A DNA stretch of 64,000 bases from Centruroides vittatus (Eukaryota): positions 5,866,248 to 5,930,247 of the forward strand of contig NW_027122708.1 in assembly GCF_030686945.1 (NCBI RefSeq), written 5' to 3'. The translations under genes were made by a program, and so were the position numbers. Positions 36,311-48,315 of this stretch are shown in pieces. How positions within the stretch are numbered: the stretch's first letter is position 1; each line of letters starts with the position of its first letter. Under the pieces are notes generated by a model. That model saw only the letters and a list, made by a program, of their open reading frames with translations, was not told where the DNA came from and did no database searches.

Positions 36311-38779
36311 ATTAAAAAACAAAAACCTTAATGTTTCCAGCAATAAAAACTATTTAATAATAACGTTTTCGACTGTTTTAAACAGCCATCATCAGTTAAA
36401 ACGAACTTAAACAAAAAAGAATGCAGAAAAATAGAACCAAGCAATACAAATATTTAAAATTCAAAAATAATTCCAAAGTAAAAATGCCGTCGTATATTAG
36501 AAACTAACAAAACTGTGCATGCGCTAAATATCGTAGTAAGAATAAAAATAAAAACAAATAACAAAAAATACTGCCGCAAAAATATTTCTATTACAAGAAA
36601 GAACGTTATGCATTTCGGTAAAACGACTTCCATGCCGTGGATAAACCATCTGCGTCCCTATGGTTAATGCAACCCGTGTTAACGTGGGCTTTGTAGATTT
36701 CCAGCTTTTCTAGATGTTTCAGCATTTGTTTGTTGGTCGTGGCCCTAATAATAGACGCTTTGTCCCAATGAACGTCGACATCTTGATGCTTAGCGAAAGC
36801 TGCTAGCACAGTAGTATCCAAGCTCTTATTGATGGAGTATCTATGCTCCTTAAGCCTCTGCTTTAAATGTCTCATAGTTGCACCAACGTATACCAGATCT
36901 GTATTAAACCGGCGATCTTTTAAAGGTATAGAATATACCCCCGTCTTAAAACTCTGGTTTTCTTTCTTCTTGTCGTTTCTCAATAATCGATATATTGTAG
37001 GATTACATCGATACAACAATCTTATGTTGTTATTTCTGGCTACTTTCTTAATCATCGTGTGCAAGAATGGAAAATAATTGAGAATTACTTTTCTTCCTTG
37101 ATTCATAGGAGGAAGCTGCCGATTTTTTGCCTTCCGAAATTTGTCGATAAGCCCATCAATCTCCTTACTCCGATATCCGTGTTGTAATACTGTAGTGCGG
37201 ATGTAACTTAATTCCTTGTAGGTGTCAATAACACTGGTGCAATGTGTGTGAGCACGTTTGATCCAGGCATGAAAAGCTGCATATTTAAAATTCATCGGAT
37301 CGAAAGAATTTTTTGGTATAATAATGGGCTGATAGCTGGGTTTTCTATAAACGTCCGTCCATATTTGACCCTCCTTGCATGTGATTGAAAGATCAAGGAA
37401 ATTTACATTAGAAGCACTTTCTTGGTCCAGCGCTAAAGTCAAACCATATGGGTTTTTGTTGATTTCTTGAAGGAAATGCAGAGCGCTACTATCATTTTTC
37501 CAAAGGATGAAAACATCATCAACATATCTTGTATATAAAACGATTTGATGTTGAAAGAAGGGTATGACTTTGTTTTCCAAGCGACGTAATACAAGCTCAC
37601 ATAAAATAGAGGACATAGGGCTCCCCATAGGCACCCCTCTTTCTTGCAAATATGTTTCATCTTCAAATTCGAAAAAGCGATGTGTAACAAATTAAATTTG
37701 CAAGTTCCAAAATGCTGGAATGGTATTTCGCTGCATTATCTATATTAGCAAAAAGAAAGTCCCTCAGTTCACAAAAACACGGCGGCAGTCTTATAGACGG
37801 AAACAAGGACTTAAAATCCATTACCGTCATATATTCCTTATCCTTGAGTGTAATGTTGTTGAGCTTTTCCACTAGTTGCACTGCGTTTTGTATAGCATAG
37901 GAGTATTCTTGAATCTTTGGCCGGATAAACTTGACAAGCTGCTTCTCAATGGCAAATGTAGGAAATCTGCACTTCTCTATTACCGGGCGTATTTGGTAAC
38001 CAGGCTTGTGCGTTTTACCAAAGGCGAAAATTCTAGACATTTTTGGAGCCTGTAAAACTGAATTATGCATACGCAAAATACGAGCCAACGGGGTTAAAGA
38101 GAATTTCTTGACTCTTTGTTGCAGCGATTCCATGTATTTGTTGGGAGCATGTTGACATTCGGTGGTTCTGATGTATTCATGTAATTTATGGTTATACGAG
38201 TCACGTTTAATAAGGACAACACCTTTAGATTTATCCGCTTTAATAAGTACTATATCATTCATTTGTAGCCATTGCCTTGACATTTCAATGCAGTTGTGGA
38301 ATCGTCTTGCTTCTAACTTAAACTTTCTTTCATTTGTGGAGCTAAACCTTGCTTTCCATCTGATGTAATCTTGCCTGGTAGCATTCATATCCTTAATAAT
38401 TAATTCAACATTTGGAATAATATTCTCAGGCCTTGGTACAGTAGTAGGAGCAAAGAGTGGGCCATATTTTAGAGCTTCAAAAAGACACTTTGGAGGAGTG
38501 ATGTTATCCCAAGTTGTTATAAATGTATTATTAATCAAGCGAGGTTTACTATGATATTTAGCGCATGCGCAGTTTTGTTAGCTTCTAATATACGACGGCA
38601 TTTTTACTTTGGAATTATTTTTGAATTTTAAATATTTGTATTGCTTGGGTTCTATTTTTTCTGCATTCTTTTTTGTTTAAGTTCGTTTTAACTGATGATG
38701 GCTGTTTAAAACAGTCGAAAACGTTATTATTAAATAGTTTTTATTGCTGGAAACATTAAGGTTTTTGTTTTTTAATATA
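36311..38779 (-). mobile_element. PLE copy a (most complete): ORF 36606..38538 with RT (FKSLFPSIRLPPCFCELRDFL, PMGSPMSSILCE, YVDDVFILW) plus GIY-YIG (GVYSIPL…YVGATMRHLKQRLKEH), one stop/frameshift near 37650, bracketed by 225-bp perfect inverted repeats (36311-36533 and 38552-38779)
   Basis: The motifs are as listed. The arms are exact reverse complements. The arm carries a CUGAUGA…GAAA hammerhead-like core (see findings). Confidence 0.8.
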
Positions 38780-39041
38780 TTAACTATATTTCAAATGTAA
38801 AAGTATAGGTCCCTATTTTATATGTAGAAATTCATTGGTAATGCACTATGTTTAAAATTCATTAGCAAACATAGAAAAAAAACTTCTGTTTCAAACAAAT
38901 CACTTTTAATGTTTTTTAGTGAGAAATCAATTTTTTTAGTGAGAAATCAAAATTCAATACAATCCAAAACATTTTATTAACCGATATGTTTATAAATAAA
39001 TAAATAATTAATTGAAAAAAGTGTTAATTTATAATTAGAAA

Positions 39042-39439
39042 TACAGTAGAGAGTTGTTAATCTGAATCAATTGAGGACTGGGGTTGTTTGGATTAGTGAT
39101 TTGTTCGGATAACTGATTATGTACGAAAAAATATATTAACCTGTCCAATGTTCAAATTGTTCTCCGTCGCGTCTCGCTTCGTGTTGAATTTTCATTGATT
39201 TTAAGCCTAAGGAAAATTTTTATAATAATAATCGAGGCTATTGTATCGTTAAAAATTATTTCTTTATTTGGTACAAACAAAATAAATATATTGAAGAATA
39301 TAAAAACATGAAAATTATACTTTAGAAGTTAATCTAGTATCAAAAACGTTCGATTCAGCATGACACAGTCCGACTGAAAATTGTTCGGATAACCGGCAAT
39401 TCGGATAACTGGGGTTCGGATTAACGACTCTCTACTGTA
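39042..39439. mobile_element. MITE, TACAGTAGAG-terminus family, about 395 bp, TA flanks
   Basis: It starts tacagtagagagttgttaatctgaatcaattgaggactgggg… and ends …ggggttcggattaacgactctctactgta. It is about 90% identical to 62684..63045. Confidence 0.85.
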
Positions 39440-39626
39440 GTTTCAAAATAAAAATCACAAGTAAGTAGCTTAAATCTATACTTAAAATTTACCATAATTT
39501 AGCTGATTCCAGATGATACATTAATTATTAAAATAAGGTATTTGCAGATACTTCATGAAAATAATACATAAAATGATTATGACTTTGATATGCTAAAATA
39601 AAAATTTTTAACATAAAAAAACATAC

Positions 39627-39761
39627 CTTCAAAATAAATTCAGGATATTGATTTGCAACTTCTTCAGCACTCTTTAAAAGCAACTGACGAAATGTATCGT
39701 CACTATTTTGGAATTTTGGTGAATATAATAAAGAAGTACTAACCAATGATAAAAATGTCAT
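39627..39761 (-). CDS. Ro60: Ro60-like exon MTFLSLVSTSLLYSPKFQNSDDTFRQLLLKSAEEVANQYPEFILK (N-terminal TROVE region)
   Basis: A canonical ctttcag acceptor and a gtatgt donor flank the exon. FLSLVSTSLLYSPKFQ matches Ro60 FLCFGSEGGTYYIKEQ, and SAEEVANQYPEF matches RGCEVIQEIKSF. It is 45 codons, phase 0-0. Confidence 0.6.
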
Positions 39762-42090
39762 CTGAAAGTAAGTAAATATAGAATAAGCATTACTTTTGTA
39801 AGTTTAATTTTACTCTAAATAATAAGTTATTTTTTTATTGATTTATTTGAAAAATTTGATTTGATGCTAGATCTGAATAAAAAATCTCCAGACTAATTTT
39901 ATTCCTGCTATACCTAAATACATTTCTAGATATTGTCATAAATATATAGGAAAATATTAAGACATATACAAGAGCTAGTACTGAATCACTTATTCTTACA
40001 TAACTATGCATACAATTTCCGTTGTATTCAATAAGCACTAAAACACTAAATGTGTTCTTTGAATTTTTCCAAAACCTTAGAAAATTAAATAATGGAAAAT
40101 GTCAAAAGACTTAATTTTTTTGTGAGAAAAAAAATTGTATGAGTTACAAAAAGTTATTTTTGTCTCTTATACTCTATTATTTTTTTGTATATTATTTAAT
40201 AAAACTTTTATTTGAAAATTTTTAATAAAGCTTATGTGTTTTTTGTCATTTTAAAAAAGAGAAAATTTCTACAAAAACAGAACAGTATCCTAAATATCCT
40301 TCAATGAACAGAAACATTAAAATGATAAATAAAATGCACATTTTGATAAAAGTTGAAGAGACACTAAATATCAGTGGCAATAATGATGAAATAACTCTTG
40401 GTTTGCAACAAACAATTCTGATAGAAGATTGGACATGCAATACATCTAAACAAAGTTTTTTCACAGTTTGACTGTAGTGCAGAATTGTTACCAGCAATTT
40501 CAGACTGAAATATGCAGAAGATAAATATTTAAAAAAATGTAATACCTGAGCAATTTGTATGTACAAGAATAGTATAACATTTAATGGAAAATATTTAATT
40601 TTTACAGTCAAGTCAGAGAATTATATATGACCAAATAATAATGGAAATTGATAAAAAATAATTAGTATATTACTAATATTCAGAAAAACTCATAACAGAT
40701 TAATCAGCAACTCTTAAATGACTAATTTGGAAACAATTACTTCTTAGATAACATAAAAAGTAGATTTAGGGAAACATAAAAGTGTAAACGAACAGTGGCC
40801 AAAATGTGGCACATTGGATGATTACAAGTGGTGCTTCAGTCAGTTCTGAGCAACATTGCCAGATTTGGCTTCTTTGCAATTAGAAAAATTAATTTTTTAT
40901 AGTCTGTCTTGGCAAGTTCGTTTGTTACACAATTCGTTGCAATCTACTTTGCAGATAAAACGAGTGTTCTCCACATAGTAAATTACAGTGTATGCATGTA
41001 TTTTGAGTCTTGCGATCTTTATTTCCAATCAGTTTACAGGCTTGTAAATGGCCGAAAACATTTATTGTGATTAAAGTTATTGCCGGAAAATCATGAATGG
41101 TTTTTTTAATTTTATTTAATTTAATTAATTTGAATGGTTTTTTAATTTTATTTAATTTTTTAATTAATTTAATTTATCGACAAATCTTGGGTTATTAAAA
41201 GAATTTTTTAGGGGTTAGCTACTTTTGGGCTACTTTTTAAAAATTTTTGGTTACAAACACTAAAAACATCTGGCAACATAGCTCTGAGTGAGCCCTGGTG
41301 GTGTCCTGGCAGCTACAGCACCATCATGAAGCGATCACCCTCTAGTACAGATCATCATTGTAAATTGGTGCTTCAATAAATTGGCATAAATTAATTAATT
41401 TAACTGTGTGATTAAGTTATTCCTTTTTCTCCCCTAAGCGAAGCAGATTTATTCTTATCTCTATTTATCAACCCCTAACAATGAACGTAAAATGGTATAA
41501 AAAGTGTTCAAGTTATATGATGCATCTGAACTAGTCTGTCAAAAAAATTGGTGCATGGTATGCAAAAAGTTGGCCACCCCTGGTATAAACATTAAAGAAA
41601 TTTAAAATAAATTTGAATTAACATATTTCTTAAATACGTTTGATTTATTGATAAAATCAATGTCAATATGCCAATAATTACAAAGCCATACATTTTAATA
41701 GTCACTAACCAAAAATTGTTGTTGCTAAAAGTGTGTGTTAAAAGTATATCATTTGCTTAAAATTATAATAAAAATTAGAATACATAAAAATTTTGGCTTC
41801 TCTACAACTTAGAGATGATTAGCCACAAAATTGCAACAACATTTAAAAAAATCTACTACAATGTATTTCTTCATTTTTTATTGTTTGCATGGTTTTCAAG
41901 TTCAAACAGGTTTACTCATCTAAGCAACTTCAGTTCCCCCCACAATTCTTTAATTGTTGATAAAAAAAACAAGATAGTGAAAAGTACAATATTTCCATTT
42001 CTGCTTTTGTTAACTAGTCCTATCATCCACTTCATTCAAAATATTTTCCAGTTTTTTCAAATCTAATTTTTTTCTAAAGGCATTAATATA

Positions 42091-42422
42091 CAGGGTGGGC
42101 CAGCGAAAACGAAACGGCAGTGTGTTCGTGTTCGTCCAAGCAAAGCGCTCGGACAGGTCGATTTTACTCTCGAGGGGACATCTTTTGCAATAAAGTTTTT
42201 GCGATTCTGAATATTAACTAAACAAACATTTTTTTCGAAATAAATGCTTGTTTAGTTATTACAAAATAAATGAGTTTTTAAAATTTTTTGTCGTCTGTTG
42301 TATTCAAAATCGCAAAAACTTTATTGCAAAAGATGTCCCCTCGAGAGTAAAATCGACCTGTCCGAGCGCTTTGCTTGGACGAACACGAACACTCTGCCGT
42401 TTCGTTTTCGCTGGCCCACCCT
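42091..42422. mobile_element. Foldback-type MITE with roughly 125-bp near-perfect TIRs beginning CAGGGTGGGCCAGCGAAAACG, TA flanks
   Basis: The 5' end is cagggtgggccagcgaaaacgaaacggcag…. The 3' end is …ctgccgtttcgttttcgctggcccaccctg. There is a central AT-rich loop of about 85 bp. Confidence 0.85.
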
Positions 42423-43381
42423 GTATATATTAATAAATTGTGCAGAATACAAAAATTTTCTTAAGAAAAATCACCCAATCTAGCAACCCTAGCAATAACT
42501 AAAAAATAAATTGATTTCCAATCCCTTTTCTGTGGCTGAAGAGATTCATACTTTAAAACAGGTTGACAATATGAGGCTTTTCTGAACAAGTTTCTTCCCC
42601 TGACATCACTCTCCAATTATACAGAATATCTAGACTGATAAGATAAACAGATAGTGAATTACTATATCTTAGCAAAACATTTAATGAGATTTTTATAGTC
42701 CATAGATATATAGATCATAGTATGTATTATGTTTGTTCTTTAAATCCTCAAGATTACTAATTACAACTATTTTTAATTTATGTGTCTGCTGCTTGACAAT
42801 TTGTTCTACTTAAATCTTGAAAAATTAGCCTTCTCACAAGAAATGTTGCCAAACCTGCATTAAGAGAACAGAGATTGATATTTGTCTTTTATGTACTGAA
42901 AATCCAAAAACAGCTATCTTCAGCCAAAATAGTCTTTTCCCTTATCATATATTGATGTACTTTTAAGCAATACAAATCCCTTGAAATCTCCAACTTGTAT
43001 GCTCAATAATTGAGAAAATTCTAAAAAGTAAGTTTTATTTTGCACTAAGAGAAGGATTTTCCTATGTAAATTAATCATCATTAGTTCTTTTAAAATGAAA
43101 TTTCAAATAGCCAAACAACCACCAAATTACATCAAGTGGTTTTCTACTTTTCTGCAATTATATTTAATTAATTAATTAATTTGTCAATTAATAATAAATA
43201 AATAAATAACAGACAATGAAAAGTAGTATGCTCCTTGGAGACATTAAAAATAAAATATAAACACAAAGTACAGTGCAAGCCAAATGGCGTAAAGAATATA
43301 GGGAAGGAGAGGAGCTGTGCAGAGACAATAACTACGGGTTCTGTCCTTGAGTAAGCTTCCGCTTATCCGCTTTTCTGACGT

Positions 43382-44613
43382 TTACATATCGCCTGAGCGC
43401 CAGGCTGCAGACACTTTACTAGCCTCTCTGAAGTTGATAGATTGTCCTCTCTGGCTTGCTTTGCAGATATGCCAGGCTTCTGTATAACGGAGGTGCTTTA
43501 TGTTGCGAACTGTTTGTATTAATCTTGCTTGGGCCCATTCAGCTTGGACTTCTTGGGGATCTGCCAGGACGTAAGTTGCCAATGCTGTGCAAGGTTGTTC
43601 GCTTCTTATATTTCTCTGATGTTCCGCCAGCCTTTCCTTGAGTGATCTTCTGGTGGCTCCGATGTAAAATAGTTTATTCTGCCTCCGTGTGTCCGTAATA
43701 GGGATTCTGTAAACCCCCGGAAGGGAGTTAGTGTCCATGGCGTCTTTATCTGCTCTTAACAGCTGGTATATAGTGGAATTCCGTTTATATATTATTTCTT
43801 TGTTTGTAGCGGTTCCTATACGTCTATAGATGCTGCCCATTTCCGCCCTGTAGTCCATCAAAGTAAACTCCTCTGTATTTCGGAGATTTCGCCCCTTATT
43901 GCGTGTCGTAATCTTGCTAGTGAAAGCTTTAGGACTGATGATCCCGTTCTTCTTAGCTAGCTTAATGATGTAGTTTATCTCTTCGTTTTTGTCTTGGGTA
44001 CTACTACAGTGTGTGTGTGCTCGTGCAACGAGTGCTCTGAATGCTGCGAGCTTGTACGCCGGCGGGTCGTGCGAGTTCCATGGGATAAAGATCGGGTTGT
44101 AAGTAGGCTTTCTGTATACCTTAGTACGGAAAGCTCCTTGGCTGTCGAGCTGTATAGATAAATCTAGAGAATGTATAAGCTTATCATTTTCTTGCTCGAG
44201 TTCGATCTCTAGGCCGAATTTGTTATCGTTGATGTTCGTTATGAATTGGTGTAAGTTGGGTTTGACTTTCCAGAAAACAACCACATCATCAATGTATCTT
44301 GCATAAGTTAGGATTTGCGTTGCATATTTTGGCAGGAGTGCATTCACCAGCGTTCTTAGGACCATCTCGCATAAAGTACCTGCCAGGGGGCTACACCCGT
44401 CTGTTGCGTGTAAGTGATGCCATTAAAGCTAAAGATGGATGAGAATGTGGTTAGGTGCATCATCTCTAGTATTTGTTTTCTCTTCTTTTCTGGGGACTTG
44501 ATCACGGTTAACAGGAAGTCCCTTAGATGACAGAAGCATGGTTCCAGCTTGACAGAGGGATACAGAGCCTTGAAGTTATTTAATACGCATCGATGTAGAG
44601 ATGGCGCACGCAA
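43382..44613 (-). mobile_element. PLE copy b (second family, 5'-truncated): RT (KALYPSVKLEPCFCHLRDFL, YARYIDDVVVFW) plus GIY-YIG (LPGVYRIPITDTRRQNKLFYIGATRRSLKERLAEH)
   Basis: The motifs are as listed. Two ORFs (43382..44365 and 44356..44613) are separated by one frameshift. Confidence 0.75.
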
Positions 44614-45336
44614 TTCTCTTTAGAATATTTTTAAAAACGTTCCAAATGCTTGTTCGTTATTGCAGATTTTCGTTGTGTTCGATTTTTTTTTTTTTGGATA
44701 TTTCCTGAAGGTCGTTAAATATGACCTAAAATGTTCGTTTGTACCGAATAAACACGGCTGCAAATTTATAAGGTGTTATGAGTGTGGTGTTTTAAATTTA
44801 TTGGGTTTTGTGAGTTTGTTTATGGAATTCATATTAAATGTGTTATGTTTAAAAAATAAAAAATATAATGCAGATGGAATATGACAGAAAATTGGGAAGC
44901 TATAGTAGAAGTAATTTGCATTAAACATGTTCATGTTAATGAAGATTTTATATTCAATATCTTTTCAAAATATTGAATATAAAAATTTTTCTGGAGATAT
45001 CCTGTACTGTGTCCTTTAATAAACAACAAATTCTGAAATATATTAAATAATGATGATAATGATCTTTAAGAAATTGAAAATTGCTAATGATCATTGCTTT
45101 TGCTAAATTTTAAATAAATTCTAAACAAAATCTGAGAGAGATAGTGTTAGAATTTATTCATTCAATAGTGCTAAGTAATTAGTATAGTTAGTAAATAATA
45201 TTGAGTAAATAATCACTAATTTATTTTGATTATAATACTGCTCAGAATATGTGAACTTTAATTATAGACACCTTGTCCGTAAAAGTGTTAAAACATTATT
45301 ATTTACTTATATTTATAATATACAATTGTAAAATTA

Positions 45337-45558
45337 TCATACCTTTAATTTTTCTTCTTCTTCTTTTACTAAATCAAGCATAAATATTTCTTTTACAAAT
45401 TCATCTTTAGATACATTTTCAAAACACAATGACTCAAATTTATATTTTGGCATTTCATAATCATCATCATCTTTTTTGTGAATTTTAGAAGAATGATACT
45501 TCTCAGTGAAAATGTGTGTATCGTCTTCTATGGATGTGAGAGACAAATTTCTTTTCAT
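45337..45558 (-). CDS. Possible 5' coding exon (MKRNLSL…KFESLCFENVSKDEFVKEIFMLDLVKEEEEKLK); could be the Ro60-like first exon or belong to another gene
   Basis: The ATG at 45558 is preceded by an in-frame stop. The exon ends at a canonical aag|gtatga donor. It has only weak resemblance (LCF…KE) to the Ro60 N-terminus. Confidence 0.3.
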   Translation of the reverse strand: MKRNLSLTSIEDDTHIFTEKYHSSKIHKKDDDDYEMPKYKFESLCFENVSKDEFVKEIFMLDLVKEEEEKLKV

Positions 45559-45949
45559 AGATGTAGATTTTAAAGAAAAGCATTTATCTTCATCTCTAGT
45601 TTCTTCTAAAAATTAAAATGCATTTACTTTATATCAAAATGGATATCTAAAGATTAGAATTAAAAATTTATTTAAGAACAAAATAATAAAAACACACAAA
45701 GAACAACAGAAAATATATGAAATCCAAATTAGATATGTTAAATTCTATAAATTGACAAATATATAATATCTACTACAATCTTCACTTAAACAATCAAATA
45801 ACTTTCTAAGAAGCCAAATAATATTTATCTTTTAATTAATATTCAGAAAATAAATTAATAGAAACAAAAGAAATTTATTTTAAAAATATTTTAAAAATGT
45901 CAATGTTTAACTATTGGATGATGATATAATAATATCAAATTATGGATAT

Positions 45950-48300
45950 ATTGCCAGAAATAGCTAAAACCAGAGAAAATGTAATTGTTTTATAACAAGC
46001 TTTAAATATTATATTTTACATCCGAGATAAAACAATTTTAAGGTATATAAAAGTACTGCAGTATTACAGTATATGTTACTAGTGTGTGCTGTTGAAGATT
46101 TTTGGGCTATATACAATAATTTTTATTGTGTGTTGTATGAGGGGTTGGCAATCCATTAGGAGAGAGGAACGGTATTTAAGGCGATGCAGATTGGCAACAG
46201 GGCTTTTGTTTCTTCTTGCTGGCTGGTGAGAGGTTGCCTGAGTCAACAAAACGTGTGTATTTTTTTTTTTGTGTGTGTGTTACGGTGTTTGAAGTGACCG
46301 CATGGGGCAGTAGAAGCAATCTACATGGAATCGATTATCAGACTTGGAGTGAAAAAAAAAATCTGTTTGCATTGGCTAGAATACTCTCTGAATAAGTAAG
46401 ACTTTATGTTAAATTTAAGCAATTACCAGTAGTAGATATTTGTAAAGAGGTAGTTTCAGGAGAGACTCAAGTGTGGGTTAAAACAACAGACTTGTACTCA
46501 ACTCATTGTACAGGTGAACCTGTCTGGTTCCCTAGGTGTCTAGTGTATACATGTGTTCTAGTGGACAACTCTGTAAATTTTGTATATATATTCTTTTGTA
46601 CATAAACTTATTGTTAAGCTGACCTTTTCTTTGTCCTCCTCATGTGGTAATCATTCACCTGCACAGTAGTCATAACACTGATTATTATGTTTTCCACAAG
46701 TGCTAAATTATTTTGTACAAGTTATATATATATGCATACATACCACAAAATATAACTTGTACAAAACAATTTAGCACTATTCACTAGTAACATATTACAC
46801 TATATCATAAAATTGTATTATCTCAAATGTAAAACATAATATTTAAAGCTTGTTACGTTTTACATCTTGTTCTCTGGTTTTATATATGTTACAGTCAAAA
46901 CCTATTTTTAGTTAGAATGCGTTTTAACTAGTTGAAACTAGTTTACACTGGATGTCTTTGTTAAAACCTGTTTTGTCTAGTTCATTTTTGACTAGCAGTA
47001 AATTCTAGTTTTAACTAAACAAAACCCGTTTTGTCTAGTTAATTTACTGCTGTACATGTTTTCATTTTAGATAAAACTAGTTTTAACTTTTAACATTAGT
47101 TAAAACTAATTTTAGCTACATAAATATGTTTGGGGGAAAGATTCGGGGGAAGATGTCTAACATTATGCTTATGAAGGAAATTATAACGATAATTTGGGTT
47201 TTGGAGGCCTCTAACAAAAATATATTCTTAAGCATGTTTTTCAAATAAAAGTTTGGAGTATATGAAAAATAATTGTATATTGTGTTTGCAATGACGACTT
47301 TTTTACTGTCTGGCATTTTAGGCACCTCACCCCAAGTATCCGGGTGAAATGCCAAATGCCATTAGGGTAAGATAACAAATATAATTGCATAAAATTAATT
47401 CTCAAATATCTTAACCAAATTTAATTTATCGCATATGTAGTACAAAGTACTTCATAGTAAGTATAACAGCGCGTATAAGTATTGTTAAGTTTCCGCCCGT
47501 TCTAGCATGCTCTATAGCTAGCCGAAAGCTCTTTTCAGTCCTAAAACCTTTTTGAGAAGTCCTTATATAATTTCTATGCATATGCTGCAATAAAACAAGA
47601 AAACAAAAATTTATTTAAAATAGGCATATTGGAATTCAATTAACAAAAAATAGGTATGTTACCCCAAGAAAAATGTGGCACCTATCCCATTTGTTGGAGT
47701 AAGATGCCTAGCGGAGTCACGTGTTCTAGCGTGTCTGATCGGGATCGGCGATAGCTCACAATGGAAACTTTAGAACTTTAACTACATCACACATTAATTG
47801 TTTTACGCAATTTTTAATAAATTATATTTTAACTTTTAGTTTTAAAATGATTCTAGAAACATTTCACAACAAAAACTTCATTCTTATCTTGCTTTTATTC
47901 TTCTCGGATGTAGAAAATGAGGTAACGGTAGCCAACTACAGCTTTCCACACTCAATATTGGCCCAGCAATTCATCATACAAACACATGACAATATGTGAT
48001 GTCACCATTTGAAAATATCAAAAAGTAGGCATCTTCCCCCACTTACCATCTTACCCCGAATCACTCTAAAGTTGCAGTCAAAACTAGTTTTTAGTTAGAA
48101 CGCGTTTTAACTAGTTGAAACTAGTTTATACTGGATGTCTTTGTTATAACTAGAATTTACTTCTAGTCAAAAATGAATTTGAGTTAAAACTAGTTTTAAC
48201 TAGACAAAATGGGTTTTAACAAAGACATCCAGTATAAACTAGTTTCAACTAGTTAAAACGTGTTCTAACTAAAAATGGGTTTTGACTAACATATATATAT
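45950..48300. repeat. Complex nest of inverted repeats and foldbacks. It includes IR 45950-46090/46790-46885, hairpin 46689-46790, two copies of a CAGTCAAAAC…GATGTCTTTGTTA terminus (46892, 48075), and a near-perfect 225-bp foldback at 48075-48297 followed by (AT)n
   Basis: Direct comparison of the segments; see findings. Confidence 0.6.
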
Positions 48301-48315
48301 ATATATATATATATA
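48291..48315. repeat. (AT)n microsatellite
   Basis: Direct reading. Confidence 0.95.
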
